Made by a program: the position numbers and the translations under genes. Below the pieces are notes generated by a model. That model did not search any database. It was not told the origin of the DNA and worked only from the letters and a program-made list of their open reading frames with translations. From Octopus vulgaris (lineage: Eukaryota), in NCBI GenBank assembly GCA_951406725.2, contig OX597829.1, positions 39,494,001-39,558,000 on the forward strand: a stretch of 64,000 bases of DNA, given 5' to 3'. Shown piece after piece: positions 1-11,902 of the stretch; position 1 is the first letter of the stretch; each line of letters opens with the position of its first letter.

Positions 1-334
1 AAATTAATTGAAAGAAACACAGAGCATCTCAACAGAAATACAGTAATGAAAGGGTCTAAATATATAATAGAGAAACAATTCTTAACACTTTTGATACTAA
101 CCTGGCTGAAACTGGCTCTGAGTATAAATGTCTTGTTTCCATAAGTTTTGAATTAAAATCTTCCACCAAACCTTAGTCGCAGTTTATGTTCCTAACACTA
201 GCTGAATGATAACTAAGTTATTTTACTAAATTCTTTGTTATATTTAAAATTAATTGAAAGAAACACAGAGCATCTCAACAGAAATATGATAACAAAAGGG
301 CTAAATAGATACATATAACAGATGAGTGATGTCA

Positions 335-660
335 TCATCATCATCATCATCGTTTAACGTCCGCTTTCCATGCTAGCATGGGTTGGACGGTTCAACTGGG
401 GTCTGGGAAGCCAGAAGGCTGCACCAGGCCCAGTCTCATCTGGCAGAGTTTTTACAGGTGGATGCCCTTCCTAATGCCAACCACTCCGTGAGTGTAGTGG
501 GTGCTTTTTACGTGCCAGATGAGGCTGGCAAATGACCATGATTTGTGCTATTTATGTACCACTGGCACGGAGGCCAGTCAGGGCGGTGCTGGCAACAGCG
601 ACGTTTGGATGGTTCTTTAACGTGCCACCGGTTCTGGTATCACAACTACAATTTCCATTG
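335..660 (-). mobile_element. RTE-LINE-associated 3' tail repeat ending in (ATG)n
   Basis: (CAT)n-CGTTTAACGTCCGCTTTCCATGCTAGCATGGGTTGGACGG... Recurs at ~3604-3800, 5000-5420, 15645-16255, 21398-21870, 32405-32815 and, in the opposite orientation, at 13600-13830, 19925-20105, 46900-47230, 50355-50480 and 57940-58293. Confidence 0.8.
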
Positions 661-1177
661 ATGTTGATCGAGGCAGTAAAAGTACAGTGGCTGAAGCTGA
701 GAGGAAGAAAGAGAATTGAAGAAAAAGACTTAGAGAGAAAGAAATATAAAGTGAGAGACATATGTGATCAAATTTATGACATGGGGAGAGGGAAGGTTAA
801 AATGGAAGGACAGAAATACAAAAGAGAAAGACGATGAGAAATATGACACTTTAATTGTATCTTAGTATGTTGTAAAGTGATGTACCAACAAGAGAGGATA
901 TGCTTGTGAGGTGGGGACGAAGAAGATGTTAGATAAGAAGCCTGACTTAAACAGACAATTGAAATAAAAGAAAGAATTGGAAATAGAACAAAACAATGTC
1001 TATGAAATCAGAGTGTGAGACACTAGAGAGATTTTTTAGTCTTCTGTTTTTCGTGATGTATGCTGACTTTGAATTACAAGAAAATACAGAAAGTATAAAA
1101 CAAATTATCATGTGTGTCGTGTGTGCTTACATGTATGTACATACATGCATGCATGCATGCATACATACATACATACA

Positions 1178-1208
<31 letters not shown>

Positions 1209-1312
1209 GTACGTGTGTGTGTGTGTGTGTGTGTAATGAGCAAAAACAAGAGTGACAAGTTTTAACAAATGTGTTATTCGTATTAGTACAATACTTAAGA
1301 AAATGGAAGGAG

Positions 1313-1350
1313 TCTTTAATGTTTCGGGCACTAGCCCTTCATCAGAAACA
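1313..1350 (-). ncRNA. Minimal type I hammerhead ribozyme motif (degenerate helix III)
   Basis: Minus strand UGUUU-CUGAUGA-A-GGGC(UAGU)GCCC-GAAA-CA-UU-AAAGA. Same layout and downstream AAAGAC as the 35531 motif. Confidence 0.6.
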
Positions 1351-4339
1351 GGAAAGGAGAATAAGGAAGAAAAGAGGAGGAAAGCTGATAGAAAGCAGGA
1401 GGAAAGCCAAATGCTGTGGTAAAAGACATTTGCACAAAGTACCACAAACACTGGTGGGATCAAACCCAGGAATATGTCATTGCGGAGTTAATTTGTTGGT
1501 CACACAACTGTTCCTGTGTTGGTTCTGAATTTTTATGGATTCATAGAATAATGTGAATGTACAGAACAAAACAGAAGAGAATTGTCAGAGTTAAAAATTT
1601 ATCTTGTGTTATTTTATTGAGACTCACACAAATATTCATGTAAAATATTTTCCTTTCATAAAGGATTGTTGTTTTTAAAGAAAGTTTGATATAAGAAATG
1701 GTGAATTGATTATTGGCATTAGTTTATTAGGAAAATGCCAAAGCTTTTGTTTAAGAAAGATAGAATGTTTAGACGGAGAAAAAAGAAATGAAGAAAAATT
1801 GTATATAGATTGGTTTGATTTTTTTTATTTCATAATGTCATTGAAATTTATTCCGTACTGTTGAACTACCAGCTGAATGGATCGCTGTTGGTAAATAATT
1901 TTTGGTAGAATTTTTATATAAGACCATGTTTATATTTTTGGAAAAGAAATATACTGCCAAGACACTGCCATTCTATTGACGATGCTTAGGAACCATCGTG
2001 ATTTGGCTTGACTATGACTGACTTGACCATACAACACAGACAAATACATCTACAGCTGCTGCAAGAGAAATGTTGTTCTGATTTTGATATGCTGTATCAC
2101 GGTTCTTCCTTAGCTTCTTTTTACTCTCAAAGTCACCCCTGTACATGGAGCCAGGCCTCATGGTTAGAGGTTACAGTAGACTACTGACAGTAGTCAGTAT
2201 GATAGGTACCGTGATTTCTTCAGGGTGTTCTTATACCTTTTCCATGATGCCACTTTTGTCAAAATGGTCAAAATGGTCAGCTGCAATGCAATTTCTCATT
2301 ATATCTAATAATTCATGCAATGCTACAACTTTTTCTTCTATAGATAACGACTTGTCTGCCATAAAATTCTAATTTTGGATATATGAATGAGAGGAGTACT
2401 ACTTGATGTGTGTTGAAGAGTTTATTCATTCATTCAAAGCTGATGATATCACAGTTTAGGTCCTCCTCCTCCTCCTCTTAATCCCCTTCCCCCCCGCCAC
2501 CTCGTTGTTGGTGTCGTCGGCGGTGTCATCATCATCTGTTACTTTCCTTGCTAGGATGGATGGGTTGTTTCAGGTCTGAATCACTTCTTATTTGGTGTTA
2601 TTTTCTCCCAGACTTTTGGCTTGGTTTCTACGGCTGGATGACCTCTCTAACACCAACTGCTTTACAACATGTTCGGTGCGCATTTTATTGTGGGCGCCAG
2701 CACTAAAGAGGTTATCATGTCCTTAGCAAGACTGAAAGGTTCTCTCTGCCCACATTGTTTCCATTTATTTGTCAACCACTTTATAATAAACGGCACCGCT
2801 GTACTGGTGCCATTTATTGTTGAATGCAGAGGATATATTTTGCAAAGACTGGTAAGAAATGAGACAAGTATGCTTTGCTGAATATGTAAAGTGTGCACAA
2901 ACAGTGGAACATGAATAAAATGAAAGAGAAACTGTATATAAGACAAATGGGATGTAGCATGCAAAAGAGAAAACTTATGCTGACCTGAGGTATGTAATGT
3001 TTTTGGAAGATGGCAGTTGAATTATGAAAGTGCTCACCATTCAAAATGGTTGGAACTTGTAGAAAAAGGAGTCATCTAAGGAAGAAGACAAAATGAAGTG
3101 GTGAAGACTGATCATGAGAGATAGTTCTTTATGAAAATGACAAAGGATGTATCTGAATCTATGCAAACGTGAAAAAAGACTGCTGGCAATGGTCAGTATA
3201 ATAAGTACCATGATTTCTTCAAAGTGTTCTTATACCTTTTCTGTGGTGCAACCCTGTGAAACTGGTCAGTTGCCATGCTGTACACACATACACATTCCTG
3301 GTTTATGTCTAATAAGTCATACAATGCTACAACTTTCCTTCCATATACCCTAACCCCTAACTTGTCTGTAAGTGTAAAAATAATGAAGGCGGTGGTGATG
3401 GAGATTGTAATGTGTCTACATTTGCGGCCTAGTGACTAAGGGTGTTGCACTCCTGATCACAAAATTGTTTAACTTTGACTGCTGGACCAGGTGTTGCATT
3501 GTGTTCTTGGACAGGTTACTCTGTGATCACTTTCACATCTGATATGTTGTACCCCATGCACCTGTTTAGGTGACATTGATCTGATGGAGGGGGGTTGAGC
3601 TAATCATCATCATCATCATCATCATCGTCGTCGTCGTTTAACGTCCGTTTTTCATGCTAGCATGGGTTGGACGGTTCGACCGGGGTCTGGAAAGCCAGGA
3701 GGCTGCACCAGGCTCCAGTCTGATCTGGCAGTGTTTCTACGGCTGGATGCCCTTCCTAACGCCAACCACTCCGTGAGTGTAGTGGGTGATTTTTGCGTGC
3801 CACCTTCAACAAATCAACCGTGCAGATTGTTTAGCAAGAAATTGTGGAACCCAGATCCGTTGTTTACAACCGGTGTGTCCACCGTTTTAATGTTATATTT
3901 CCATATACAGCTCTCCCTGCACTTTGTCCTCTCATCTCTCACTCCTCTTCCGTCAACATGCTTCCCTGCTTTTCATCACTCTTTATCTTTCTCGTCAGCC
4001 TGCATAACAAAGGGTAGCATCCTATTAGCTCTGTTCCTACTGAATCTTTCTTCTTATTGTTTCCTATTTTTTTGTATTGAAAGCCATCAATTTTTCCCTC
4101 TGCCACATTTCATCACCTTCATCCTCTCGCTATCATCCATCTTCACTGCCACCATCTTCTCCTCACATTACTCCTCCCTCCCTCCCCCAATACTCATTAT
4201 TGACATTCATTAACCTTTCTCATGTCACTTTCTCTCTCTCTCTCCCATTTACTCTCTCGTTTCCAGTATTCCTGTCTTTTTATTCCTCTTGCTTTCCCTG
4301 CCATCTTGCTCCAGCTGTTTTTTGTTGAATCTCTTGATG

Positions 4340-4359
4340 AGCAATCACCCTTTAATTCC

Positions 4360-4390
<31 letters not shown>

Positions 4391-4494
4391 CTTCCCTTTC
4401 TCTCCCTCTCTCTCTCCCTCCTTCCCTTTCTCTCTCTCTCTCTCCCTCCTTCCCTTTCTCTCTCTCTCTCCCTCCTTCCCTTTCTCTCTCATAT

Positions 4495-4535
<41 letters not shown>
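4340..4535. repeat. (CT)n-rich polypyrimidine tract
   Basis: Read directly. Confidence 0.95.
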
Positions 4536-4536
<1 letters not shown>

Positions 4537-4999
4537 ATACTTATCACACTGGTTCTCTTTCAATACACTTTTCTCTATTTTCTTCTCACTCTGATTCTCT
4601 TCTGTCACTGTCTCTTCAATATGTCAGGGACAAAGCAGCCTTTTGGTGCTGGTAAATAAACAAAGGAAATTTCAAAAGGAATAAGATTCTTTAACTCTTA
4701 CTGGAGGCATGAGAACCTCTCTATTCCCGGTGTCATGGTGAAATGCTCTCAGTACAGTTGGTAAACAAATAGACACACAATGCAGATTAGAGTTGATACT
4801 CAAATCTTGTCAGGTACAAGGCAAGCTCTAATTTTCTACTAATTCCACAATTAAAATGCACAAATTCACCCAATCCATTCTGTAAGGCAGAAATAGGAAT
4901 ATAGCATCTGGAGGGAGAAACCATGTCGAAAGTAGGAACATATAAGGGAAATGTGGTCCCCAACTTATCTCAGAGGGGAAACAGACTGTGATTGCCTGT

Positions 5000-5985
5000 A
5001 TCATCATCATCTGGAGAGCCAGCGGTTGCACCAGGCTCCAATCTGATCTGGCAATGTTTCTACTGCTGGAATCCCTTCCTAACACCAATCACTCCGAGAG
5101 TGTAGTAGGTGTTTTGTATGTGCCACCGGCACAGGAGCCAGTGAGGTGACCCTAGCATCGATCATTGGAGCCGGTCACAGGGCACTGGTATCAGCCACGT
5201 TCAGATGGTGCTTTTTACATGTCACTGGCATGGGAGCCAGTCAGGCGGCCCTGGCATGAACCACATTTGGATGGTGCTTTTTACGTGCCACTGGCATGGG
5301 AGCCAGCCATTCAGGCAGACCTGGCATTGACCACGTTTGGATGATGCATTTTATGTGCCACCGGAATGGGAGCCAGTTAGGGCGCACTGGCCTCAGCTAT
5401 GATTTTGGTTTTACTTGACTCAACAGGTCTTCTCAAGCATATTGTATCGACTGACGCATCAGGTGTACTCCTAAATGGGCTGGACATGCAGCATTGGCAT
5501 TGGCCATGACTGCGATCTCACTTTAGTTGCTGGGTCTTCTCAATCACAGTATATCTCCCAAGGTCTCAATCTCCTGTCATTGCTTCTGTGAAGCCCAGCG
5601 TTCAAAGGTCATGCTTCACCACCTCATCCCATGTCTTCTTCAGTCCACCTCTTCCACAGCTTCCTTCCACAATTAGGGTATGGCACTTCCTTCACACAGC
5701 TGTCCTCATCCATACATAACACATGACCCTACCAGTGTAGTTATCTCTCTAGCATACCACATTTGATGCTTCTTATGTCCAGCTTTTCTCTCAGGGCATG
5801 CACACAATGTTGTGTATGCACACTGACATTACACATCCAGTGGATCATACTAGCTTCATTTCTTTCAAGCCTACACATGTCATGGCCCATGTTTTGCTGC
5901 CATGTAGCATGGCAGTTTGCACACATGCGTCTACCTTTCATCTTGAGCAAGAGGCCCTTAGCTGCCAGCAGATTTCACATAAGCA
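5000..5985 (-). mobile_element. RTE-clade LINE 3' fragment (RT C-terminus plus 3' UTR)
   Basis: ORF 5741-5950(-) has RLERNEASMIHWMCNVSV..ALREKLDIRSIKC, typical of the RTE C-terminus, followed by the same tail family. Confidence 0.8.
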
Positions 5986-6111
5986 TAGTGATGCTAATAA
6001 TCTGATGTTAGAGCTCATATGCTTTGGAACAAAGTCTTCGTTGAGTATGGAACAGTGATGAGAAATTGAATGCATGACTAGGGAATAAGACATTATGTCA
6101 TGAACTTCATT

Positions 6112-6153
6112 AGCTTACAGATGTTTCTGCTATAAAATAGCTTCATCAGAGCT
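6112..6153 (-). ncRNA. Minimal type I hammerhead ribozyme motif
   Basis: Minus strand AGCU-CUGAUGA-A-GCUAU(UUU)AUAGC-A-GAAA-CAUCUG-UA-AGCU: 4-bp stem I, GUA triplet, near-palindromic helix III, mismatch at the base of stem II. Confidence 0.6.
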
Positions 6154-6220
6154 TCAAACATGAAGTGTAATTTTATTTGGGAAAACATTTTCATGTATAT
6201 ATGCATACATACATACATAC

Positions 6221-6625
6221 ATGATGGCTGCCCCCTTGTTATCGAGTATGGCCATTGCATGAAGCTTAACTGTTATTGGTGCTGTGATTGAATGTGACTT
6301 TTTAGTCCAACTAAAAATCTACAATGTCTTGTACAGAATTGGCAACTAAAACCTTTACCGGTAATAGCCGGCTGTAGTTGTAACTGGGCTTCATGTACCT
6401 TTGCATGTTGTTTAAGTCCTCCTGCCGAATTACACTCTCTTCCACATGCCCGACAGATATGATTAGTATAGTGTGTTACACCACCACCAGTGGCCAGGTT
6501 GTCACTCATCTGTCTCGCTTTATGACTACGAAGATGACTCTTGAGTCCAGCTTTACTGTGGCAGGGTCTTGCACAGACATTGCACGTCAGCATCAAAGGA
6601 AGACCCTTCCCATCTGGAAGTGTAA
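6221..6625 (-). mobile_element. 5'-truncated RTE-like LINE 3' end with three C2H2-type zinc fingers
   Basis: ORF 6273-6680(-) contains CxxC..H..H motifs CNVCARPCHSKAGLKSHLRSH, CRACGRECNSAGGLKQHAKVH and CQFCTRHCRFLVGLKSHIQSQH, then a short 3' UTR ending CAGCCATCAT; (TACA)n on both sides. Confidence 0.65.
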
Positions 6626-7139
6626 CATACATACATACATACATACATACATACATACATACATACATACATACATACATACATGCATATCTACCTACCT
6701 ACTCAATACCTACACACCCACCCACCAATCAATCCATCCATCCATCCATGGCTGTGTGGTAAGAAGTTTGTTTCCTAACCACATGGCACCTTGGGCAAGT
6801 GTCTTGTACTAACTATAGCCCTAGGCTGAACAAGGTCCTGTGAGTAGATGGAAACTAAAAGAAACCCATCGTATCTATCTGTCTGTCTGTCTGTCTTTGT
6901 GTCTGTGTTTGTCCCCAACCATCACTTGACAGCTGGTGTTGGTGTGTTTATGTCCCCGTAACTTAGTGTTTTGGTAAACGATACCGATAGAATAAGTACC
7001 AAACTTCAAGATGGTGCTCCAGCATGGTCACTGTCTCATGACTGAAACAAGTAAAAGATAAAAGTTATATACACACATATACACACATTTGTTTAGATGT
7101 ATAATCCAAAGGTGTGCGTGTAATATAGGTGCATATCTC

Positions 7140-7540
7140 TTTTACTCTTTTACTTGTTTCAGTAATTTGACTGTGGCCATGCTGGAGCACCGCATTTAGT
7201 CGAGAAGATCGACCCCAGGACTTATTCTTTGTAAGTCTAGTACTTATTCTATCGGTCTCTTTTGCCGAACTGCTAAGTTACGGGGGATGTAAACACACCA
7301 GCATCGGTTGTCAAGCGATGTTGGGGGAACAAATACAGACACATACACACACACACACATGCATATATATATGTATACATATATACAACAGGCTTCTTTC
7401 AGTTTCCGTCTACCAAATCTGAAACTGGTAGGCCCGAGGCTATAGTAGAAGATACTTGCCCAAGGTGCCACGCAGTAGGACTGAACCCGGAACCATGTGG
7501 TTGGTTAGCAAGCTACTTACCACACAGCCACTCCTACGCC
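7140..7540 (-). mobile_element. tRNA-derived SINE family A, representative full copy
   Basis: Head GGAGTGGCTGTGTGGTAAGTAGC...GGTTCCGGGTTCAGTCC (A/B box), internal (CA/TA)n, tail GAAACAAGTAAAAGAGTAAAAG. Further copies at ~6748-7062(+), 11655-12072(-), 12333-12690(-), 13368-14050(+, interrupted), 20210-20545(+), 24068-24490(-), 29980-30378(+), 30560-31000(-), 41880-42110(-), 43785-44137(+) and 44703-45265(+, duplicated head). Confidence 0.9.
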
Positions 7541-7726
7541 ATGTATTTCATTTATTTATGTATTTATACAAAAAAAAAATAAATAAATAAATACATTTAT
7601 TCTCTTACATTCATTTGCCTTGTTATTGTTTAAATTGTAAACATTGTAAAAACATTCTTAGAGAAATGGTTATTAGATGACATTTGGGTAAAAGTATCTT
7701 TTTTTTTTGTTTTTCTTTTACCTCAG

Positions 7727-8620
7727 ATGCTTCATCAATGTTTGTCATCTTTTATAGAGAAAAAGATGTTATCGCAAAACAACTAAATCTTCTTGTCTAT
7801 ATAAATCTCTGGAAGAATTATTGAAATATTTCCTTTGCATTGATATTAACAGCAAGAATTTCTCTACTTTGTAATGAATATTTGCATTGTCAGAAACATG
7901 TAGAAGATGATTTGGCATTCCAAGACAAATTTACAGTGGAGTTTGCATCATCTTCAAATATTGGCAGTTACGACAGTCGATGAAAATGTAGCAGTAGAAA
8001 TATATTTATTAGGAATAAAAAAAATATTTTTTAAAAATGTATAAAGAAGGAAAATATCTATGCATTGTGGGAAGGAAGAAAATTTTGGAAAGTGAATTAT
8101 GTAAGAGCAAGATTAAATTTAAAACACAGACTAAGTGTTTAAAAGGGTTGATTTGTTTTCTGTTGAGATGCTGTAAGAGATAGGAAAAACATTATTCAAA
8201 TGTGATGTCTGTAAAAATTCTTTCTCTCAAAAAAAATGATAACCTCCACCACTCAACCAATGTATTCATAGAGGAGAGGAACCATATCACGGTGATATCT
8301 GTGATAAGCCATTCTCATGGAAATACCTTAATTGCTCAAACGTTTTCTCATGTGAGAAAGAGAGGGAGAAGCCATGTCGCTGTGATATTCCGTAAACCAT
8401 TCTCTGTGTTAGGTAGCTCAACTACTCACAAACATTCATACAGGGAGAAACCTTATCATGATGATTATCTCTGGTAAATCACTCTCTGTAGTATCTTCAC
8501 TAATAATGAATGTATTTCATACAGGAAGAGAACGCTATCATGGTGATATCTGTAGTAAATCAGTCTCCAAAATGGTGAATTAACTAAATACAAATGCATT
8601 CGTACAGGAGAAAAAAATAT
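7727..8620 (+). pseudogene. Decayed tandem C2H2 zinc-finger gene (HTGEKPYHCDICGK-type array)
   Basis: At 8190-8620, repeated degenerate units CATACAGGGAGAAACCTTATCA / CATACAGGAAGAGAACGCTATCATGGTGATATCTGTAGTAAATC / CGTACAGGAGAAAAA (HTGEKPYHCDICxK) with frameshifts and stops, about 5 fingers. A pyrimidine tract + CAG acceptor near 7726 may mark the former exon start (less certain). Confidence 0.8.
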
Positions 8621-8776
8621 AGTGATTGCAAGCTTGTTCAGTGTGTGTGTATGTGTGTGTGTGCATGTGCATGTATGTATGTATGTTTGTATAATGTTTA
8701 TCTGTATCCATTTGTATGTGTATTTGGCTACGTGTGTATCTATATTGACACAGTTGTAAAGAAATGAATCCAAAAC

Positions 8777-8811
<35 letters not shown>

Positions 8812-8908
8812 TATGTTTGTGTCAACAAGTGTTCTGACTCTCGGTTGCCATTTAGTCCTACTGTTTATTGTGTAGAGTCATTCTTTATTTTCTTGGATGG
8901 TTGAGCAT

Positions 8909-9135
8909 TAACCCTTTCATTACTGTATTTATTTTGGGATGCTCTGTGTTTCTTTCAATTACTTTAAATATAACAAATAATTTAGTAAAATAACTTAGTT
9001 ATCATTAAGCTAATGTTAGGAACATAAACTGTGACTAAGGTTTGGTGGAAGATTTTAATTCAAAATTTATGAAAACAAGGCATTTATACTCAGAGCCAGA
9101 GCCGGTTTCAGCCGGTTTAGTAACGAAAGGGTTAA
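8909..9135. mobile_element. piggyBac-like MITE (TTAA-CCCTTTC...GAAAGGG-TTAA)
   Basis: Terminal inverted repeats with TTAA; further copies at 1-60 and 81-303. Confidence 0.75.
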
Positions 9136-9303
9136 AGATAACCCATTAAAAAATAGAATTTTTCTTCATATCAAAATTTGGTAAAGCTCCATAAACATGT
9201 ATTTAATCTACTTTTATAACATTTTCTTTTAACCCCAAGAATTCAGTGTTCAAATATTAATAAAGTTGTCTATTTTTTTTCTGCTCTTTTCTTACCCTCC
9301 TAG

Positions 9304-9435
<132 letters not shown>

Positions 9436-10611
9436 TAAAACTAAAATGGATGTAATTATTTTCTTCTATTTTGATATGAAAAGTAAGTGACACGGAAGTT
9501 TTGATGGATGGATGGATGACCTCCACTCTCGAATTTAATAAGGAGACTGACATTTAGGAGAATGCTTTCATTATTAATATCCTTTTCTATTCTAGGCTCA
9601 AGGCCCGAAATTTTGGGGGAGGGTGCCAGTCAATTATATCGACCCCAGTGCGTAACTGGTACTTATTTAATCGACCCTGAAAGGATGAAAGGCAAAGTCG
9701 ACCTTGGTGGAATTTGAACTCAGAACGTAGAGGCAGACGGAATAGCGCGAAGCATTTCGCCCGGTGTGCTAACGTTTCTGCCAGCTCGCCGCCTTTTTTA
9801 TTATTAATATCAGTGTTATACCTGTAATGTATTATAGGTGCAGGTTTGGCTGTGTGGTTAAGAAACTTGCTTTGCAACCCTGTGGTTTCAGGTTCAGCCC
9901 CATTGTGTAGCACCTTGGTCAAGAGTCTTCTACTATAGCCCCAGGGCAACCAGTACTTTGTGAGCAGATTTGGTTGATGGAAACTGTATGTATGGGAGCC
10001 CATTGTGTGTATGTGTGCGTGTGTGTCTATGTGCATGCCCCTGTTGCCATCGCTTGACAATCTGTATTATATTGGTTCATACATTAAGTTTAGGTTTAAT
10101 TTTGGATATCATGGGCAGTGTAGATATCAAGGGTAACATTCTTAACAAGTTAAAAAAGCTTGTTAAGGATGTTGAAGGAAATGCTATGCAATATTTGTCC
10201 CAGTTCTTTATCGTCTCGGTTCAAATCTCTACAATGGTACGCTTGTCTTCTTTCATTTTTCTGGGGCCAATAAGATAAATTAGCGATTTGGGAAAGTGTC
10301 TTCTACTATAGCCCCGGGTCAACCGATGCATTATGAGTTAATATGGTTCTGGAACCAGTGTTGAAGCCTTTTGTGTTTGTTTGTGTGTGTGTGTGTGTAT
10401 GTGTGTGTGCGGTTGTACCTTGCCATCTCATGACAACCAGTGTTGGTTTGTTTGTCTCTCCATAACTTAGCAGTTCGGCAAAAGGAATGAAAGAATAAGC
10501 ACCAGACTTAGCAGCATTTCTTCAAGATTTGATCAACTAAAAACACTTCAAGAGTTGTGCTCCAGCATGGCTTGCAGTACAGTTATTGAAATAAGTAAAA
10601 AAATAAAAAGA

Positions 10612-10810
10612 TACAAGGGGCTGCTGAGATGTTCCTGGCCTTGGGTTAAAGAAAATGCAGGAGGATCAGTTAACTATGATTTTATTCACCATATCTCCCC
10701 TCTCGTATCTACACACTTATTGCAAGCAGTCCTTCAGTTTTTCTAAGCCCTGTCAAAGAACTCAGAAGGTTGGGTGCCCAACCAGACCTTCGCAATATTC
10801 TTAAAGGCAA
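10612..10810. mobile_element. Tc1/mariner-like terminal fragment
   Basis: Begins TACAAGGGGCTGCTGAGATGTTCCTGGC, resembling a mariner TIR preceded by TA. Confidence 0.45.
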
Positions 10811-11871
10811 AAAATTTTCAGCATCCTTTTGTAAATCTTTCTTTTTCTATATATTATTTTAAAAAAATTTTATGTGAATTTTTCTTTTTTTTTTTTAAGT
10901 TTTTTTTTTTTGTCATTTGCTGCTATATCTCACTTTTGGTATCCTTGTACTTAAATACTGTAAAATTCCATATGCAATAGTCATTTATTCCTCCCACTAA
11001 AGTCAAGATTACAGTTTGGGGTGTGTATAATATATGGTATTTGGCTGCTACTCCCCCACACATCCACTTTGGAAAACAAACAAAGATTTATTATGTTTTA
11101 AATTATTTTATTATTACATATTAATATGACTGTATTGGTCAGACTGTAGGGACAGTGTTATATAATGCTGTTCACTGTATGCTTTCTTGCATTGTAGTAG
11201 TTTTCAAATAATGTCATTCCATGGGCTAGGCATGCAAGCGAACATTTTCCTTGAATGGGATGTGCGTCTGTTACAGGGTAATCTGTTTACAACTGAATGG
11301 GCTGGAGCAACGTGTAACAAAGTGTTTAGCCCAATAACACAACATGCCACCAATCTGGGAATTGAAACCACAACCTTGCGATCTTGAGTGCAACACCCTA
11401 ACCACTAGGTCATGTACTTTCACTAAATATCGATATATTTTTTAAGCAATATGAAATATCGGTTTCAAATTTTGGCACAAGGCCAGCAATTTCAGGAGAG
11501 GAGTAAGTCAATTACATCAACCGCCCCAGTGTTCAACTGGTACTCATTTTATTGACGCCAAGAGGATGAAAGGAAAAGTCGAATTCAGCAGAATTTGAAC
11601 TCAGAACACAAAGACAGATGAAATGCTGCTAAGCATTTCACCCTGAATACTCTCTCTTTACTCTTTTACTTGTTTCAGTCATTTGACTGTGGCCATGCTG
11701 GAGCACCGCCTTTAGTCGAGCAAATCAACCCCAGAACTTATTCTTTGTAAGCCTAGTACTTATTCTATCGGTCTCTTTTTGCCAAACCGCTAAGTTACGG
11801 GGACGTAAACACACCAGCATCAGTTGTCAAGCAATGTTGGGGGGGACAAACACAGATACACAAACATATAC

Positions 11872-11902
<31 letters not shown>

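Noticed and set aside
2178-3370. Diverged direct repeat 2178-2365 vs 3177-3370
   Set aside because: Most simply two old copies of a dispersed repeat; no LTR termini, PBS or coding interior.
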